NCBI RefSeq assembly: GCF_018350175.1
Contig: NC_058382.1
Span: 57,662,001-57,726,000 of the forward strand
Direction: 5' to 3'
Source: Felis catus
Taxonomy: Eukaryota
DNA: 64,000 nt
Shown one piece after another: positions 60,266 to 64,000 of this stretch. The notes under the pieces are model-generated. The model saw only the letters and a list, made by a program, of their open reading frames with translations. It did not search any database and had not been told where the DNA came from. Made by a program: the position numbers and the translations under genes. The number at the start of each line of letters is the position of its first letter. The first letter of the stretch is position 1.

Positions 60266-61124
60266 AGAGGGGGCCTTCTTTTGAAAAAGAGTATAAAATC
60301 TAGAACGTAAAAGTTGCCGGGAACCTTGAAGCCTGGGCTTTCGTGGCTCCAAGGAGCTCGGTGCCCGTGCCGGCCTCCCGGCCTCCCAGCCTGCTGGGGA
60401 GTCTCAGCTGTACGTGGAGACGCGGCAGAATCACATCCAGACCCCCAGGGGCCCCGCGGTAACCCTGCCCTTAGCCCGGAACCGCCAGAGCTAACAGCCT
60501 TGGCATATTCTTTAGCCTGGGCCACCTTTTTTGGAAAAAGCCTAATGAAGGGAAATTCCATTGGTTTTAATGGGAGGGAAACAAGGCAGTGATTAGGTGG
60601 AATTTCCTGGGCAGGCGGGAAAGAAATCCCGGGACACCGCTCTGCTGAGCCCTGTTCCCCTCAAAGAGGACACGGTCTTGCTGAGAAGTGTGGTGACCGG
60701 CCCGCGTGCCCTCTGCCCGGCTCACCCCCGAGCAGCTCAGCGGCCCCCCGAGGGCGGCCGCAACGGCTTCACGTGCGGCCCCCACAGGTGGGTGTCCGGG
60801 GACGGCAGGGGACCGGGACGGGTCCCCAAAGTGGCTTCTTCCCTGCTGTAACCAACCCCACCCCGGGAAACCCGTCATTTTTTCTCTCTTCCTGAGGGAC
60901 CCCCCAGGGTGGCTGCCGTCATTATAAATACCTTCCAGGCAGCCCTTCCCAGGCCCCGAAGTGCCTGATGGCCGCTGGGCTGTTCAGAAGGTTCTAGTGA
61001 GTTTCTAGGCAAATGCAGAGTTGAGATCCTGCTCCCCTTCCTCCTCGGATGCGCTCTTGTGACTCAGTTTCCCCACCTGTAAAGGGGAAGGTGATAGTAC
61101 CTGCCCCCTGGGGTAGTGGTAAGG

Positions 61125-61300
61125 CGGGGGGTCTCAGACCGGCCCCCCAGACCAGCAGGATCTAAATCAGCAGGGAGCTTGCTGGAAAGGAGGATTCTCG
61201 AGCCTGCCCCCCCCCCCCCCCCCGCCAGGCCTGCTGAGTCCAAAGCTCCGGGAATGGGCTGGGCACTCTGTGTGGACACGGCCTCCAGGGGCCCTGGCGC
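61125..61300. mobile_element. MER5-family relic, opposite orientation to the 55195 copy
   Basis: CCAGCAGGATC...GGGAGCTTGCTGGAAAGGAGGATTCTC...CCAGGCCTGCTGAGTC...GCCTCCAGG. Confidence 0.6.
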
Positions 61301-64000
61301 ACGCGGGACGGTGACGTGAGGCGGCCTGTCGTGTCCCTGGCACACGCCGTGCGGGATTCCGATCGTTTGTGGTTAAACTTCATTCTTTCGCTGCGTTTTC
61401 ATGGGGTGCCAGGACCAGGGCTGGGTCCCGGCGTCCCGGGGCCCCGGGGCAGCGAGATGACAGGGTCCACCCTGCACGCAGGCAAGAGGCGAGGCCAGGA
61501 GGGCACGCGGGGCCCGATGGCGTTTGGGACCCTGCTCCCCCCGCCCGCCAGCTGGGCGTCCTCGGGTGGGCGTCTCCCTGGGCTTCGGTCCCTCCTGTGT
61601 CACGCGGTTGTGGGGAGGTTGTGTGTGCCAAGCACTTCCCGGTGGCTCACCGTGAGTGCCCGGTGAAGCCGGTGGCCCTCGTCGCCACAGCAACTTACAA
61701 GGTCATTGCGCACCTCGAGGCGCTGTGGTTCTCACACGCACGCGAGAGCCTCTGTGGACTATCTTTCAGGACTGGAGGGAGAGCACCGCCCAGGAGCCCC
61801 TCCTTACCACCATCTTTCCGGTGTGCCCTCCCCTGTCACTTGGCGAGCCCGCACCGTGTCCCAGGCACCGGGACCCAGCAGGGAGCACACGGCCTGATCT
61901 CTGCCCCTGTGGGACTTGTCATCTAGAGGGGGCACAGATGACCAGAAAAATGACAACAGAAGTAGGGCCCCGGGCATCACTATGACGGAGGGAGGCTCGG
62001 GGGGCTGAGCACATCCAGCAGGGGCCCGTCTCACTATCTGGAGGCCCCTCCTCGGAGGCATGGCTCCTTCCAGGCCCCCCCCCCCCCCCCCGCTGCCCTT
62101 GTCTCGATGGGACCTCAGCAACCTTCTGCACAGAGCCAGGACTGAGAAGTCTCCGCGGAGCCTGTTCCCATTAGGGACCGTGGGAACCAAGCCTGGGCCG
62201 GGAGGGTGGCTCTGTCCCAAACGCCTGCTGGGACCCCAGAGCGGTCACAGTGGGTCCCCAAGGGAGTTGTGGCTGCTGGACCCTCGGGGACCTGTTCACA
62301 GCAAACTTCCTTGTAAACGTAGGGAATCCTCCAGAAAAACAAACAAAAGCCTCCTGAACAGAATTCTCAGCACACGGGCCAAAGGTGGTTCTGCTGTAAA
62401 GTGAAGTGACTTGGGTTTTAGTGGTGGGTTTTTTTCTTGTTTGTTTTTTTTTTCTAAAAGAGGATTTCCTGAAAGTTTTGAAAGAGGTGTCTGTAGAACT
62501 GGGGCATCGTAAGAGGACAGGCATCTTCGGTCCTGACACACGTGTCCGGGAAGGATAGCGGAGGAAAGGAAAGGTTATCAGGAAGAGCTTTTGACGTTAG
62601 AACTGGACTTTGCCCGAATATTCTCAGAAAGAAGCTGGACATCTGGGTGAATGTCCGTTCAGGAGTTTTTCCTAGACCGGGACCATTTTGAAAAGGCAGG
62701 TTTCACAAGGAGAGATTGGGAAATGCACCAACAATGACAGATAATGTTCTTGGTCACTTGTTGTCAACAGACACGACCCGTGGGTCTCTGTGGCATCTGT
62801 GCGGACGGACCTGCATCCAAAGGTGGACAGTCCATGTAGCAGCTTTTGTGGGCCCGGCACTGTCCTCCCGGGGCCCGTCTGGCACGCTCTTCAGGCCACA
62901 CGGGTTCTAAAGTTTCTAGTAGACGCAGTAAAAAGGAATGGGAGGAGATATTTAGGATATGTGGGATTTTAGCTGGGATGTCAAAATATTAGCGTGTATA
63001 ATAGGAAGTTACGAAAGAATATGCATTCTCCTTTTCAAATAAGACCTTGGGGTCCACTGCGTATTGCACACATAGAGCACCCCCCCAGTTCGGGCGAGCC
63101 ACAGGTGCTCCGTGGCCACCGTGACTGGCGGCTGCCATATTGGGCACCCCGGCTCTGGACTCTCAAGGGTTGGGCGTCTGAAAATCTCTCCGTGCGCCCA
63201 GAAGCTGAGCCGGCACCACGAAGCTGTTGCTTCCAGATGAGATGAGCTCTGCCCTCTCCCCCACGCCAGCTTGGGCCAAGGCCGGGCGCCGGGCTCCCTC
63301 TGCTCGCAAACCGGTGGGTTTTCCCCTCCCACCTTCTAAGGTCTATACACACGTTGGCACACCTGATTCCCCCAAGAGCCCCATGATGGGGGGACCCCAG
63401 GAATCCTCACTTTATCAGTAAAGAAAGGGAGGCACAGAGAGGTTAAGTGGTTCGTGTGAGGTGAGCCGGAACCACGACTCGAACCCAGGCCGCCTGCCCC
63501 AGCGCCCACGCTCTCCACCAGTACGCGTGACGCCCCACTGTAGACAGGAGGGGTCGAGTGAGCCTTTAGTGCCCGGGTACGCTTGTTTGTAACTTTAAAA
63601 GTATTTATTAGAAAAGAAGTACGTACTTATTTAAATAAGAAGTCTAGGGAGTAGAAAATAAGGGTTCCCTACAGGTGCCCAACGGTTAACCTCCGTGAAT
63701 TGCCCCTTCATAGCCTTTCAGGGCATCCTGCCCCTCCCCCAGCCTCCGCCCCCATACAGACAACGCACATGAAAATCAAAATGAAGCTCGTATCACGCCG
63801 AAATATTTTTACATTTCACGGAAGACGGTTCCCCGGAGTCGATGCTTTCGTGCGGCTAACGCGTTCATCACCGTGCGTGTACCCGCCAGGTGCCAGGCGC
63901 TGATGGGGAAACCCCTCCCCTGGTGGGAGAACGGGGTTTAAACTCAGGAGGAAGGACAGTATTTGCAGCTCGGGGCCATCGAGCTCCTGCTGGGTGCGCG

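Larger units (their letters stand above)
11880..64000 (+). other. CRISPLD2: CRISPLD2 transcription unit (exons 1-14 visible; intron 14 runs off the window; TSS approximate)
   Basis: Spliced translation gives a signal peptide, a CAP domain ([33 protein letters not shown]), a Cys-rich hinge and two LCCL repeats. Cumulative CDS exon ends 240/359/492/608/709/853/914/981/1112/1156/1229/1305/1439 keep frame and agree with my recollection of human CRISPLD2. Confidence 0.97.

Noticed and set aside
1..64000. CRISPR array or prokaryotic defence system
   Set aside because: No repeat-spacer array or operon. The DNA is intron-containing and mammalian, and CRISPLD2 is unrelated to CRISPR.
58762..64000. 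Terminal exon 15 of CRISPLD2
   Set aside because: I found no phase-2 acceptor followed by a segment resembling the expected C-terminus (about SLGTPRDGKAFRIFAVRQ in human, from memory); it probably lies beyond the window.

Overview
This is mammalian genomic DNA, almost certainly felid: it is dense in cat-type tRNA-derived CAN-SINEs. The window holds most of one + strand gene, CRISPLD2 (secreted CAP/SCP domain plus two LCCL domains). A CpG-island promoter and non-coding exon 1 (ending 12006) are followed by coding exons 2-14 (25887-58761). All 13 coding exons have canonical AG/GT boundaries and splice into one open frame of 1439 nt (479 codons + 2 nt); the terminal exon with the stop codon was not found and presumably lies beyond 64000. 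The rest is intronic or intergenic: about 25 CAN-SINE loci, MaLR (MLT1) solo LTRs, old DNA-transposon relics (MER5A, MER20, MER58A, MER63), L1 ORF2 fragments, MIR/L2 and simple repeats. Repeat families were named from recalled consensus sequences, not a database search, and repeat boundaries are approximate. There is no prokaryotic system or CRISPR array. The most interesting observation is a pair of young, about 96% identical, inverted SINEs tightly bracketing exons 8-11. That block is 303 nt, phase-symmetric and spans the first LCCL module, which predicts a lineage-specific circRNA with an endless ORF and/or an in-frame delta-LCCL1 isoform. This is an untested hypothesis.
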